Made by a program: the position numbers and the translations under genes
Notes under the pieces: generated by a model
Databases searched by the model: none
What the model was told of the DNA's origin: nothing
The model's input: only the letters and a program-made list of their open reading frames with translations
Part shown: positions 20,736 to 42,992 of the stretch, one piece after another
Position numbering within the stretch: the first letter of the stretch is position 1
Layout of the letters: every line of letters begins with the position of its first letter
Origin: the human T2T-CHM13v2.0 reference genome, Homo sapiens
NCBI RefSeq assembly: GCF_009914755.1
Contig: NC_060935.1
Length of the DNA stretch: 64,000 nt
Strand: one strand, 5' to 3'

Positions 20736-21404
20736 CGCCAGGGCTTCTGGATGTGAACTAGGCTCTGTCCATGAGATGCACTGTGTGGAGTTGCAAGGCA
20801 GAAGTGAGGAGGGAGCCATCTTTCTACTGCTCTGGCTGAAGCTGTTGGCCATCACAGGTATGGAGACCTTGGGATTTACTGAAGCAAATTAACGGGGGAC
20901 AGCCTTTAAATTAGTGAAGGTCAAAGGCAATTGCAGGGCTGTGCAGTGGCTTCTTGATTTCAAGAGTGCAGCTCCAGCTCTGTGTTCTTCAAATCAACAG
21001 GGGCCTGATGATCCCCACCTTCCCGAGTGGAGCAGATGCAGCTCCCTTTTGAGTCAGTTCTTCGGTGTTGTGCTGGGAGCTTCTAGGGTCCAACCTAGAA
21101 CCTACAACTTTAGTATATAATTCCCTGTATTAAATCCCTTTCTGCTTAAAATAATAAGTTAGTCCTGTTTCCTGCAACTGAACTCTGCCAATACATTTTT
21201 TGTTGTTGTTGTTGCAGCTGAAATTAAATTTTTAATATTTAAAATAGTATAATTTTACCCAGCACTTTGGGAGGCCGAGGCGGGTGTAACACTTGAGGTC
21301 AGGAGTTCGAGCCAAACCTGGCCAATGTGGTGAAACCCTGTCTCCACTAAAAATACAAAAATTAGCCAGGCGTGGTCGTTTGCACCTGTAATCACAGCCA
21401 CTCA

Positions 21405-21554
<150 letters not shown>

Positions 21555-21587
21555 TCACTTTAGATTCAGCTCTGTATACTGTTTTAG

Positions 21588-21916
<329 letters not shown>

Positions 21917-22279
21917 TGAGCCACCGTGCCCAGCCTAGGAGATTTTTTTAGGGTGATAAAACTATTCTGTATGATAGAGTAATGGTGGATACATGATGCT
22001 ATACATTTGTTAAAACTCACAGAATTTCACAGCACCAAGGGTGAACCTTAATGTATGCAAATCTTTAAAAACTCACTTAGGAAGCTGGGGATCTTCTGAA
22101 GAATATGACCAAAGAATCTAATCTATTGCAATTATATAAAACAAGCCCAGGCACGGTGGCTCACGCCTGTAATCCTAGCACTTTGGGAGGCCGAGGCTGG
22201 CAGATCACCTGAGGTCAGGAGTTCAAGACCAGTCTGGCCAACACGGTGAAACCCTGTCTCTACAAAAATACAAAAATTA

Positions 22280-22604
<325 letters not shown>

Positions 22605-23719
22605 CTATATGAAACAACCTCACTGAAGGATTGGGAAGGAAACATGCCAACCTAAGTAAATTTGAACATGAGCAGAATCTCTAAAATTAAAGGCAAAAGG
22701 AACTTTTTTTAAAAAGTATTTTTAAAAATTCCCTTTTAAGTAATTATTTCTTTTCTTCATTCTTACCTGGGGCATTCTGTGTAGAAGATATGAGTCCTGT
22801 CTTTTTCTCATAAATAAACTGCATATTCTCAAAAATGTAAAAGGTTTTCCTAAGCTAATGCAAGGGTTGTAAAATGGTGGTTCAAGGGCCTGATTCAGCC
22901 TACAGATATATTTTATTTAGTCTTCACAATGTTTTAAGAATACTGGAGTTAGTTGTTTATGTTTCAAAAATCTGAGGATTATGTACAGAGATATGGATTC
23001 CCAGCTTTTCTGAAGAAAATCAGAAGCTCTAACAGGACTAAGCCCATATTCACATCTGATAGTGTGCACGGCAACGGTGGTTATAGCTAAGAAGATGCTG
23101 GACTCTTTTTTTTTTTTTTTTTTTTAAGAGATGGAGTCTCGCTCTGTCACCCAGGCGAGAGTGCAGTGGTGCGATCTTGGCTCACTGTAACCTCCGCCTC
23201 CCGGGTTCCAGCAATTTTCCTGCCTCAGCTTCTTGAGCAGCTGGGACCACAGGCGCACGCCACCACACCCGGCTAATTTTTTGTATTTTAGTAGAGACGC
23301 GGTTTCACCGTTTTACCCAGGCTGGTCTCGAACTCCCGAACTAAGGCAATCTACCCACCTCGGCCTCCCAAAGTGCTAGGATTACAGGCGTGAGCCACCG
23401 CGCCCGGCCGATGCTGGACTCTTTAGAGAAGGTTTGTTACTCAGTTTGTCACAATTTCCACTGATTAGGCCCACATCACTCACGTAAGTTACCTGCATGC
23501 CCCACACGCATCTGACTTTGCAATCACCACGATATTGGGAAGATTCAGGACAATCCAGCACTGCCCCCATCTGACAGCTTCCTCTTACCCGTGTTTCCCA
23601 ACGCTTCCTAACTTGCTTACTGTTTTCCCAGAGGAAAAAAACCTGACAATGTGTGATTTCAAATAGCATCCTTTGCATTTCAGAGAACATCTAAAAAAGA
23701 CTATCTAACTGAAAGCAGT

Positions 23720-23722
<3 letters not shown>

Positions 23723-23761
<39 letters not shown>

Positions 23762-24043
23762 AGATGGAGTCTCGCTCTGTCTCCCAGGCTGAAGTACAGT
23801 GGAAAGATCTCGGCTCACTGCAAGCTCCGCCTCCTGGGTTTTACGCCATTCTCCTGCCTCAGCCTCCCGAGTAGCTGGGACTACAGGAGTGCACCACCTA
23901 CGCCCGGCTAATTTTTTGTATTTTTAGTAGAGACAGGGTTTGACTGCGTTAGCCAGGATGGTCTCGATCTCCTGACCTTGTGATCCGCCCGCCTTGGCCT
24001 CCCAAAGTGCTGGGATTACAGGCGTGAGCCACCGCGCCCAGCC
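23723..24043 (-). mobile_element. AluY with a long pure T-tail and TSD
   Basis: TSD aaagcagtgactttt on both flanks; AluY diagnostic positions; uninterrupted T run of about 38. Confidence 0.9.
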
Positions 24044-25594
24044 AAAAGCAGTGACTTTTTAATGACAACCATCTAAGCACCATAGGCCTATCCTTGCCCA
24101 CAAGAGTTTACCTCACTATTCTACCTATTTATGAGCTAGGTGTTAGGCATATTCTCTGTATTGAAGCTTGAGAGGTAGTATGTTCTTAATCAGAATCAAG
24201 ATTCTTTTTTTCCCCTTAACATAGGCGTAATAATAGCGAAACAGACCAACTAGTGAGTCTTTAGTGCTGAAAACTACTCGTTAAATTTATTGGTTCTTTG
24301 ATGTCCGATTCATGGCAAACTCTCATGGTTATTTTGCCAAAGGAAGTCAAAGTCATCATGTTGCATTTTTTAATGGGGATTGATACACTTTTATGAAAGG
24401 AACTTAGTGGGATTTTTAAAGAACATCCATTTCTCTTCTTCCTAAGTACAGTAACCTTGCCGTGGCCCCTCCAGGCCACTCAACACCAGTGTGAATTTGT
24501 TGTTCTCTCATAAATTGCACAACCCATCTGACAAAGTATTCTGACTTTTTCACCTAAATATCAACAACTTTCAATTATCCAGGAGAAAAAAAACATCATT
24601 ATCAAAAGTGTTTCTCATACTGATTCGACGGAAACCACTGGCCATACATAGCAAAAATAACAAGCAGCCAAAGTTTAGATTGGGACATTCATCTTTCCTT
24701 TGTGATAAAAAGTTAGGCTGTGACTTGGGAACGCACGACACGCTTCATTGGCAGAAATGCTCTCGTTCTGCTTGAAAGCGTGGGTACTTCAGAAGTGCCT
24801 CCCCTTGCTAGGATGAGTAAAAACAATATCATTTTCCCTGATAGCTGCTGAATTGAAGTGAAGGCTTATTTATTTAAACTTTTGAAGCATGAAGCAAAAT
24901 GCAGCCAGTGTGTACAATGTCTGTCTTAGAGACCATAAGTCAGAGATAAGAGTTTATGAAGCGTTAGATCAGCAGGATGAGTCCTGCTTTCTCATGTAAA
25001 CCACACAGAGCAGAAGGTTGCAGCATCAGCCTCTGAATCCCCCTTAAAAAGCAATGGTTTGAGCTCCTTCATTCCCACTATTACACAATTCCATTACCGC
25101 TCCTTTCTTTACAAAAATATGTTTTGAATTATTCCACTACTGATTGTTGGTGAAATGCTCTTTTATTACTTGCTAACAGCATTTGTTATTACCAAGAGTA
25201 GTGAGTCTGAAAGCCTTTGCTCTTCACCCATCCCAAGGTCAACCCCACACAACGCCGTGGGGTTGCCAAATCCCATCATATCAGCAGCTGACTGCTCCTG
25301 TGAGCTTCACATATTTCTTAAAACCTGGCTTGGAGGCCTGCTACCTGACCTCCTGCAGCGGAACCTCCTAGCAAGTTATCTCCAGAGCTGCTTGAGCAAA
25401 AGTTCAAGTTGCTAAAACAGGTGTAAAAGGTGAAGTTTAACAACCGCCTTGTTAATTAGTCCTTTTACTTTCACCTAAACACAAGCCCTGCGCTAGATCC
25501 CAGGAACCTTCTAAGGTGCACAATTTTTCTTAATTTTTTTGTTATGCTCCAAAATACACTGCCCTACCTCCCATCTCTCATTTTAGGATGAGGC

Positions 25595-26395
<801 letters not shown>

Positions 26396-26609
26396 AATTG
26401 GCCTATCATAAGCCCTAAGTGCAAATTAATGTTATTGCTATTATTTTCTTCAATATAGTAAGTTTTCTTTTTAAACTCACGTGTTCAAAGAATATGATGC
26501 TTTATCAAAGTAGTAATTCTCTAGGGAAAAAATCTTCAGGAGTCTGTGGATCCTTACAAATGGATGGGGCTCTATTCAAAGGATTTTATATTGAACCTAA
26601 AAAAAAATT

Positions 26610-29345
<2,736 letters not shown>

Positions 29346-31531
29346 ATTGGGTGGATTGCCTGAGGTCAGGAGTTCGAGACCAGCCTGGCCAACATGGCCG
29401 AACCCCATCTGTACTAAAAGTACAAAAATTAGCCTGGCGTGGTGGTGTGTGACTGTAATACCAGCTACTCTGGAGGCTGAGGCAAGAGAATCACTTGAAC
29501 CCAGGGGGCAGAGTTTGCAGTGAGCTGAGATCGCGACACTTCACTCCAGCCTGGCGTAAGAGCGAAACTCCATCTCAAAAAAAAAAAAAAAGGATTAAAA
29601 AATTAAAAATATTTGAAACAATAACATGCTTATTAAGTGTAAAGATCTTCCAACTAAAGAGTTAACTGTCTCTCAAGAGTTACACCATTCTCTCAGTAAA
29701 CCAGACTCAACACCTTGCAGTCATCATTGATGTATCTTGTGTGCTATTTTGGTTAAATATTTTTTAAGTGGTTACTGTGTGCATGGCACTGAGGATACAG
29801 AGGGAATAAACACACTCTTGTTGGTGAAGGAGTAAGCCTAGTGGGTGGGAGAGATGGATCAACAAAAATATCTGGCACTCATTTGACTCAAACGCTTATG
29901 GGGAGATGTTGATCAAACGGTATAGAATTTCAGTTATAAGATGAATAAATTTGGCTGGGTGCAGTGATGCACACCTGTTATCCCAGCACTTTGGGAGGCT
30001 GAGGTGGGAGGATTACTTGAGGCACAGAATTCAGATCAGCCTGGGCAATGTAGCAAGACCCTGTCTCTACAGAAAATTTTAAAATTAGCTGGGTGTAATG
30101 GCAAGTGCCTGTGGTCCTAGCTACTCAGGAGGCTGAGGCAGGAGAATCACTTGAGTCCAGCAGTTAGAGGTTACAGTGAGTGGCGATCAAACCACTGCAC
30201 TCTAGACTGGATAACAGAGTGACATCCTGTCTCAAAAAAAAAAAAATTAAGTTCTGGGGATATAATGTACAACATGGGTGGCAATGGATGTGTACGGCAT
30301 GGGCGGCTCTATCCCAATGCAGGATTTACTTTCAAACACTGAGGGTTCTGCCACTTTTTTTTTTTTTTTTTTTGAGGTGGAGTCTCACTCTGTTGCCCAG
30401 GCTAGAGTGCAGTGGCACAATCTCAGCTCACTGCAACCTCCGCCTCCTGGGTTCAAGCGATTCTCCTGACTCAGCCTCCTGAGTAGCTGGGATTACAGGT
30501 GCACACCACCACGCCTGGCTAATTTTTGTATTTTTAGTAGAGATGGGGTTTCACCATGTTGGTCAGACTGGTCTCAAACTCCTGACCTCATGATCTGCCC
30601 ACGTCGGGCTTCCAAAATGCTGAGATTACAGGCGTGAGCCACTGTGCCCAGCCGGTTCTGCCACTTTTACAAAGATATACACCTTGTCATAATCTATAAA
30701 GGAATTTACAAATGTACATACAATGGAAAACGTAATAATAGTACATCTATGGAATTACTTGAGGTAGTAGGAGATAGAAAGATATTATTCAAAGGATATT
30801 ATTACGCAAACTTGACTTCAAAAAGAAGCCTAAGGACATAATTTAATGGGGAGTAACTAATTAGTGTAGGCTTTATTTTGGGGATGATGAAAATGTTCTA
30901 AAACATAGTGGTGTTCATTGCACAACCCTGTGAATATATTAAAAACATTGAATTGTAAAAAAAAAAAAAAGGTTATAATTTAATATGCCTAGGATCTGTT
31001 TATACCCAACAAATACCAGAGAAGGGAAAAGCACTCGGTAGACTGAGCCAAGGTGTTTCTGTAATGAGGCTTACTCATGTTTGTTACCAAGAAACTCATG
31101 ATTTTGAAAATATCAAAATGTCATAATTTGTTTATAAAGCATTGCTTTTGGAAAAAAAAAATGGATTGCATCATGCAACCAGTTATAAAGTTTTCTACCT
31201 GGTAAAATGTCTTCCTGTTTTCTCCTCCCACTCTGCCTCATCTAAAGGAGTGGAGCAACAGAGGTGTTTTCAGCAAATCATCACCTAATTAGGGCAAATT
31301 ATACGACTTCCATTTCTTTTTCCTTTCTTTCTTTCTTTTTTTTTTTTTTTTTTTTGAAATGGAGTTTCACTCTGTCGCCCAGGCTGGAGTGCATTGGTAT
31401 GATCTTGGCTCACTACAACTTCCGACCCTGGGCTCAAGTGATTCCTCTGCCTCAGCCTTCCGAGTAGCTGGGATTACAGGCATGTGCCAACACACCGGCT
31501 TTCTGTATTTTTAGTAGAGGCAGGGTTTTGA

Positions 31532-31804
<273 letters not shown>

Positions 31805-33540
31805 TGACTAATTTTTGTATTTTTAGTAGAGACGGGGTTTCACTATGTTGCCCAGGCTGGTCTCCAACTCCTGGCCTCAAGTGTTCTGCCTGCCTTGGCC
31901 TTCCAAAGTGTTGGGATTACGGTGTGAGCCACCACGCCTGGCCAGGGCTTCACTTTCTTTTAGGGAGTCCAAATGCCCCTATTCTCCATCCCTCTCTAGC
32001 TTCTTCTTCTTGCATTGGATCATATCTTCATGTACCTGGGTTTTCTTTGAGTGGGTATGTTTTCCTTTCCTGGAGGTACTGCATCTCTCCAGACTAATCT
32101 CCCCCGAAGTTGGTTTTCTCTCATTTCTGTAAAAGTTCCTTAGTTCTTTGTACAGTGGGGCGATGAAATAGGCATTTACTAAACTAAGGTATCGTTGGGT
32201 TTGATTCTTCTAGGGAGATAGGAATAGGGTTGTTCCTCTGCTTCTCTCCTTTATTCTGTGGGCTTCTCTAAAACCACATTCCCAAACACAGCACAGCTGA
32301 AATAACAACAGCACCAGCTTGCATTTTTACAGTACCATATACTTTTCAAAGTGTTTTCACATCTCTTATCTCATTTATTTCTCACCAAAGTCCTAGGAGG
32401 TAAGCAGAGCAGATATGGTTCATCTTCTTTGATAGATGGTAAAACAGAGGAAGAGAGAGGTTAAGTGACTTGTCCAGTCTCTCACCACTCCAGTACATCT
32501 GCCAGAATTATCTTCCTCAAAATAAATATAAACATGTCATTCCCCTGCATAAAATCATCAACAGGATTCTGGCTGTCTACAGGGTAAAGTGCAAACTCCT
32601 TAGCGGGACACGTGAGTCCCTCCGCATCCTGGCCCCTGATCCTCGCCAGTTTCATCTTCCATGACTTCACGCAGCCCTTCACACTCCCCCGGCCTCACAG
32701 AGCTCCCACCAGCACCCCCGCATCATCAACTCTCAAGACTGCATGCTTTTGGACACGTGGCTTCTTCCTCTGCCTGGAACACCCTTTTGGGTTTAAACCT
32801 CCCACTACCACCTTCCGAACAAAGAAATTCCTGCTGAGTCCCCTACAGGTAGCAAATGAAACCTCCTTTACATTCTCCATTCAGACTTCCCCTCTGCTGG
32901 GTAAGTTGGCCCTTAATTGCAACTCCTACTTTGTTGCTTCCCCTGGCCCTGTTCTAGTTTTTTCTCCCATAGAAATTACTATCTTCTCACATACTATAGG
33001 ATTTGCTTGTTTTATAAGTTTTCTTGTCTGTGTCCCTCTGCTAGAATGGAAACCCCACAAATAATGCAGGGCCCTTTGCTGGTCTTGCCCACCCGTGTAT
33101 CAAAAGCATCTGGAATGGTATCTGACACATAAGACGTGTACAGTACATTCCAAAAACATTCATTAAGGAACTGCTGCTCTGACACTGATGCTACACTGGT
33201 GGAACACAGTCCCTTTGGCCTAGGAGAGAGAGAAGTGAATGAAATCATTGCAATACACAGGGTAATGGCAGGATAGAGGCATGATGGGAACCCAGCTAAG
33301 GAGCAGCGCAGGAAACAGGGGCTGGGGGCAGGGTGTAGATGAAAGCAGCAGACAGGAAACACTTAGGCTTCATCCAGGGGGCCATATGTGAAGAGAGGCT
33401 TGACAACCACATATAAGTCAACCAACTTCAGAAAGAGATGGGGATAGGCCAGGCGTGGTGGCTCATGCCTGTAATCCCAGCACTTTGGGAGGCTGAGGCG
33501 GGTGGATCACAAGGTCAGGAGATCGAAACCACTCTGGCTA

Positions 33541-33801
<261 letters not shown>

Positions 33802-33971
33802 TTAATAGCATCATTAGGTTGTATATGGGAGTAGGAGATAAAACCAAAGAAGTGACATGTTTTTATCATTAAGGAAAAGGGAAAGAAAACTCCTAAGCAA
33901 GAAGGACTGTGTGTTTGCCTCCGATTCAAGTGTAATTGCATTGTTTCTACCTCCAAAACAACTGTGCTTTA

Positions 33972-34293
<322 letters not shown>

Positions 34294-35102
34294 TTAATTC
34301 TGATGTTAATAGTTTGGAGAGGGAAACCGTCTGGATAGGGGCATTTCATCTTGATCTCCGGAGACTTTAGAAGAAAATCCTAGAGCGCATATCTTGAAAT
34401 ATTAATCCTGCTTGTTCATGGAGCTTCTGGATCAGCAGAAATTTGATATATTTTGCCTTACTAAGGCCCCTTCTTTTGCCTTTTTTAGTTTGAAAAGAAC
34501 TTTCATAGCTAGAGATCTACTGAGTTAGAGATGAACTGTGGTATTTGGCTTGATTTCAAGAAGGTAATATTTTTATTCTTTGATTGGCCCAATATTTTTA
34601 AGCCATCTCACGAATATCAAGCACTGTGCTAGGCCCCTTGCTATAAGGGTGAATAACACAGGGGCACTGCTGTTAAGGGCTCATAGGCTGGCAGGGAGAG
34701 GCATGCCGTAGAGATCAATTCAGAGGGCAGATAAAACAGGGAGTGCTTCATTCCCCTGGGGAGAGGGAGAGAGGGAAGTGGGCATAAAAGGTGTTCTAGA
34801 GCAGCATGCTTAATCTGAGTCTTGAAAGTTATTGTGCATACATCAGTGGACATTGGACAGTGAACGTCACAGTAAAGAAAGAAGTGCAAGCAAAGGCTTG
34901 AGGATCCGAACAGGCTGCTGCATTTGGGGAAGTACAAACAGTTCAACGTGTATGTGTGTGTTTGTGTGTGTGTAGGCATTGAGGCACGTGAGTGCTGTAT
35001 ACACTATGGTAAGCAGTTGGGATTGTATTCAATAGGCCAGTGTTTCTCAAATTTAAATCCAAGAAACACCTGCATCAGGCTCTTTTAGAGCTGCCTCCTT
35101 AA

Positions 35103-35480
<378 letters not shown>

Positions 35481-35570
35481 TAGGCTGGTCTCGAACTCCT
35501 GACCTCAAGGGATCCACCCACCTCGGCCTCCCAAAGTGCTGGGATTACAGGCGTGAGCCACCACGCCTAG

Positions 35571-35922
<352 letters not shown>

Positions 35923-36287
35923 TTATCCCATCTAACATAATGCAAGCATGCCTCATACAAATAAAACACGCTCACTCTCTGTCTAAAAGGGAGACAATCT
36001 TAAAAAAAAAAAACAACTCATCCAAATATTGCATCTGGCTCATAATCTTAGTGAACGATGTGCAGATCCAGATGTATTTCCTCAGGGCATAGTGAACTTA
36101 ACACTAAAAGATAAGGTAACTGTCTCCAATACACTGACTGGATAAGAGGAAGGAGCAGGAAGGAGTCACAGCTGCAAGTGAGAACAAGACACTGGGAAAC
36201 GCATGGCAGTCGCAGCAATTCTCAAACCATGGCTTTTGGCAGAGAGAATGAGGAATCCTTGCCTTGGTGGTGATAAGATCTTGGTTA

Positions 36288-36712
36288 GTATATTAGGCTG
36301 TTTTTGCATTGCTATAAAGAAATACCTGAGATGGGGTATTTCTAAAGAACACAGGTTGAACTGGTTCACAGCTCTGCAGGCTGTACAGGCATGGCACTAA
36401 CATATGCTCTGCTTCTGGTGAGGGCCTCAGGAAGCCTTCAGTCATGGTGGAAGGTGAAGTGGGAGCAGGCATGTCACACGGTGAGAGCAAGAACAAGAGA
36501 AAGGAAGAAGGGGCAATCTCACGCTTTTACACAACCAGATCTCGTGTAAACTAATGGAGCAAGAATTCAATGATCACCAAGGGGATGGTCCTAAACCATT
36601 CACGAGGGATCCACCCCATGATTCAATCATCTCCCTCCAGGCCCCACCTCCAACACTGAGGATTACATTTCAACATGAGATCTGTAGCAGACAAAGATCC
36701 AAACCCTATCAG
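36288..36712. mobile_element. MST-family MaLR solo LTR
   Basis: tattaggctgttttgcattgctataaagaaatacctgag...ccaaaccctatca. Confidence 0.85.
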
Positions 36713-36939
36713 TTAGCATGTCTGGTAGCCCCTGGTTCTGCCCTCTGAAGGAATCCTGGGAGTTCATTATTATCCATGACCTCATCTGATAAGAGCTTTG
36801 GAAAGGATGCCTTTCCCAGGGGCGTCACAGAGCCTTCACAGCCTACTTCTAATTAGTGTGAGTTTAGGGGCCTGGAGTGGCCTTAGGTGTTGAAAAACCA
36901 AAGGCTGTTGCCCAGCAAATCTGGAGTTTCCTTGCTAAT

Positions 36940-37680
36940 ATGCTGCAGAGAGACAATTTTCCATGGGTCTCTTGTATCTCTATATATCTTGAAATCAGAA
37001 TCACTATTTTTTGTTTCGGACTATGTTTTCAAGGATGTTTGTACAGCAGACAGCCTAGGATGATAGAGATGTTTTCATACCGAGCAAAGGGCAGGCAAAC
37101 TTACTGGTCATCATAAAATATTTGGGTTCCCTAAGCTTGTGGCTCCTTATCTGTAATGCAGCCTACAGTGTGTGTGGACACATGTCTGGGCACATCCACA
37201 TAGCCCCTGTGGGACTTGGAGATTAGGGAAACTGATGCAGTGTACTGTTGTTCTTTGTTGCTTGCTCTGCTGTAATAAAGCCCTTTGTCTCTGATCCATG
37301 GATCTTTCGTCTTCTACCAACATCCATTAAAAATCAGCCTCGGCCAGGCACGGTGGCTCATGCCTGTAATCCCAGCACTTTGGGAGGCCAAGGCGGCGGA
37401 TCACCTGATGTCAGGAGTTCCAGACCAGCGAGGCCAACATGGTGAAACCCCATCTCTACTAAAAATACAAGAATTACCGGGGCGTGGTGGCGCACACCTG
37501 TAGTGCCAGCTACTCCGGAGGCTAAGGCAGGAGACCGCTTGAACCCAGGAGGAGGAGGTTGCAGTGAGTCAAGATCATGCCACTGCACTCCAGCCTGGGC
37601 AACAGAATGAGACTCTGTCTCAAAAAAAAATAAAAAATGTGCAAAGCTTCCTGTAAGCTTCACGCAGCACTAGCCATAGC
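36940..37680 (+). mobile_element. ERV LTR remnant (family uncertain) with an Alu near its 3' end
   Basis: LTR-like layout, with aataaagccctttgtctctga at ~37274. Confidence 0.5.
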
Positions 37681-38839
37681 CAAAGATCTTTCCTAGAGTC
37701 TTTAAGTCTTTTCTCCTACCTACCAGACAACGTGTTCTGCATTCCTCTTGCCCTTAGATTAACAGTTTTTGGGGCAATTTGAAACCATAGGCCCTGGTGG
37801 GAAAAGATGTTTAATCTAATTGTTATTAGTAGGTTCAGATGTATTCTGGCTGAGAACTCCTACAGGGAGATTCTTTAGAAAGGCCTGAAGCCCTGTTTTT
37901 ATTCACTTGCTGCAGCTAGCCTTGCCAATTTCAGGCAGGGGCCATAAACTGGCATTTCAACCTACAGGGCTCTAGAGCAAGGAGTTCTCAGTCAGTTGAG
38001 ATTGGAGGCTCTAGGCAGAGTGGCTCTCACCCTAGCGTATTACTAACCATCTCTGCTTACAAAGTAGCTTTTTACCCCTATCCTTTGGGACTTTGCTGAA
38101 AGTGGCAAGAAGTAACCAGGATCTGTCAACATAAATTATATCTACTTTTTCCCCTGACAGCAACATAAAACATCATGGTTTATGTTCTGAGAAACAAAAG
38201 GAGACAGGTTTCCATGAAGAATGTTCTGATGTCATATAACAAGGCTCTTTCTAGCCTGTGAAATCCTTGTGCTCATTGTCAAAGCCTGACTTCTTTCACT
38301 AAGCCAATGCCAAATTTTAGGTTCTATTACTTAAAGCACTCCACTTCTGGTGCCACATCTGTTGTCCATAACAAAACAAAATTGACATATAGTGGCTTAG
38401 GCAAATAAGGTGTACTTTCCTTGCAAAACGAGAAATCTAGAGGTAAATTCCACAAGGCTGAAAAGGTAGTTCTGTAATGAACAGATCCAGGTTCCTTGTA
38501 GCTTTCTAGGTGATCCTTTAGCATGCAGAATGCAGCCTCCTCAGCGTGTTACCACCAGGCTGCAAAATGGCTGCCCCACCTCCAGCTCCACGTCTACATC
38601 CAAGGTAGGAAGAAGGGGAAAGGCAAAAGGGTAAAGCCTCCTCCAAGTATACCTCCATTTAAAAGCTTAGCCAGGTGTGGTGGCTCACACCTGTAATCCC
38701 AGCACTTTGGGAGGCCAAGGTGGGGAGATCACCTGAGGTCAGGAGTCTGAGACCAGCCTGGCCAACATGATGAAACCCCTTCTCTACTAAAAATACAAAA
38801 ATTAGCCGGGAGTGGTGGCGGGGCCTGTAATCCCAGCTA

Positions 38840-39019
<180 letters not shown>

Positions 39020-41252
39020 TTATCTCACTGTGATTTTCATTTGCCTTTCCCTGATGGCTAATGAATGCTCTTTTTTAAAAAAAAAAAAACCTGAATGATG
39101 AGTACTTGCGTATGTTCACTGTGATAACTCACCAAATGGTAGGCTTATTATAATTTGTGCATCTGACTATAAGTTATACTTCAATACAAAAGTTTATTTT
39201 AAAAGTATATGTTTTACATAAAGAAGTCTTACATTCTATTTTTAAAGTGAAATCACCAAAAAGGAAAGAGACAAGAACAGCAGCTATTAAATGAGACAGA
39301 CCTGAACAGGAATTGCTGGCCAATGCTCTGCATTTCTTAGTAGCAGAGGTGCCTAACTCCTCTGAGCCTCTATTGCTTCATCTTCACACACACACACATC
39401 CACACACACACCAAAACAACAAAACAACATTAGCTGGGTGTGGTGGCTCGCACCTGTAATTCCAGCACTTTGGGAGGCTGAGGCTGGTGGATCACTTGAG
39501 GTCAGGGGTTCAAGACCAGCCTGGCCACCATGGTGAAACCCTGTCTCTATTAAAAATACGAAAATTAGCTGGGCATGGTGGTGCGCGCCTATAATCCCAG
39601 CTACTTGGGAGGCTGAGGCAGGAGAATCGCTTGAACCGGGAGGTAGAGGTTGCAGTGAGGTGAGATTGCACCACTGCACTCCAGACTAGGCGACAGAGAC
39701 TTCATCTCAACAACAACAAACTCTCACAGAGTTGTGGTTAGTATGGCGCCTACAGGAGCTCAAAATAATAAAGTTTTTTTCCCAAAAATATAAAAATTAT
39801 TAGCTCATAAAATTACTCTTGCATTTGCATTGTTTGCAGTTGCTAAACCTTTTCCCTAGCGCATTAAGTTTTCTACTCTGGTATAGACAAGCCTTGCTGA
39901 AATCATTTTAAAAGCGTGAATGATGAATATGTCTTCCTCAGATTCAACAAATTTATGAATGTTTCAATAAATGCTTATATCACGTGAAGTGAGGAGGTTA
40001 ACCTCATGAATTTTAATACGAAGACTAATGTAAAAATGAATGCTTTCTAATGGTCAAAGTGTTTGAGATTTAAGGTGCTGCATGAGTTCTACTGCTGGAT
40101 CTACTGCTCAGGTGCAATATATTTCAGTAAGTCACCAATCAACTGCCTTAAATATCCTTTGTTTCACCTATAAAGTCAGTGCAATCATATGTTGCATCGC
40201 TAGTATACAATTTAATTATTAGCTATAAATCTCTGAGATCCTAAGATGGTAGCTTTGTAAATTCAATGTTACATTGCAACAGCATTAAGAGAGATTCCAA
40301 GATTCCCACCATCAATATGCATTATACAAATTTGTTAACTTGCACTAACATAAACCTTTTATTTACAAAATTATGACTTTAGACTTCAAACTTTTTTCTC
40401 TGTGTCAATCAAGATTAGTTTCGTCTGTATACAAGAAAAAAACAATATAATAGTGCATTAAACAAGATGGAGGTTTATTTTCCTCTTATGTAAAATAAAT
40501 TCATGGGTAGGCCGTCATGGGCTGGCATCACACTCTCCTAATGTCATCAGGGATATGGGCTCCTTCCGTCTTTCCTCTCCACCACATGGCTTCCACCAAG
40601 GCCACGTCTTGGTTTTAGTTTGGTTGCTGTAGCACCCAACATCAAGTCCATGTTTTAGGCAAAAAAAAAAAAAAAAAGTGGAGGGTGGCGGTGGGGGGCA
40701 AGGGCAAAAGAGTCAGTTCCAAGAAAGAGCTTTGCCAGAAGCTGCTCTCAAAATTTCCATCCACATCTCACCAGCTACACCTAGCTATAAGAAAGCTTAT
40801 CAATTTCGTATCATAGAAGGGTGCATTGTGGCACCTACAACTACACCTTAGTTCTGCTGCTAAGGAATAAGAGGGCGGATGTCAGGTTGACAGTCTTTGC
40901 CACGCTTAAAAAAAATCTTTTCCATGGGTTCCTAGAATGTTGTGATCACTCATTTTGATTCAAAATTAAAATTTTTTTCATTCAAAATTAAAATTTAAAG
41001 CAATTTTCAAAGATTTGTCGCAAATCTATCTAGCGAGTTAACATTTAGAGTATCATTCACTAATACAACAAATACTTATTGCACCATCTATCAGGCACGT
41101 TGATAAAAAAGGGATGGGATGCAATAATGAACACATCCCCACTTTTTCAGAGCTCATAGTTCATCAACTCAGTAAAAGTATGATGTGCTAATATACTATA
41201 AATGACACCTATTTAGAATGGATTACCCTCTATACATAGTCTTAGTATTTAG

Positions 41253-41570
<318 letters not shown>

Positions 41571-42040
41571 TAGCATAAAAATATACTTTCGTTTATCAGA
41601 TGAATAATTGCCTCATTCTGAGATGCTGATACAGACTTGAAAACAAATTTTAGATATTACTGTCATGCAAAGCATTCTTGTAAAAAATATAACTTTGCTC
41701 CAATAATACAATTTCAAGCAAATATATTAATATGGCTCTTGCAAATAGAATACTTAAAAACATAGTTAAATCCACATTTTCCGGAATTTTTAATCAGAAA
41801 GGAGATAACAAAGGGAACATAGACAAATTAAACAATAAAGAAAAACTGTACATATTTGGTTGTATTTTTCAGGTAAAAATTAAACTAAGAGAATACTGCC
41901 TTGCAGATGGTGGGGCTTTGTTCAACTCCCTGGTGATTCCTTTCCCTTTTTTTTTTTTTTTTTTTTTTGGAGTCTCACTCTGTCGCCCAAGCTGGAGCGC
42001 AGTGGCGTGATCTCAGCTCACTACAACCTCCACCTCCTGA

Positions 42041-42717
<677 letters not shown>

Positions 42718-42736
42718 AGATTCATCCTGACCTAGG

Positions 42737-42803
42737 TGAGGACAGGCATTTCCTACTCAAATGTTGCATTTCCCAAGACTACTCGGGCCTACCACACCTC
42801 CAT

Positions 42804-42836
<33 letters not shown>

Positions 42837-42946
42837 ATTTTGAATGAATGAAAGTTTAAAGTTTTAAATAACTGAGGACAGGCATTTCCGCATTTCCTAC
42901 TCAAATGTTGCATTTCCCAAGACTACTCGGGCCTACCACACCTCCA

Positions 42947-42992
<46 letters not shown>

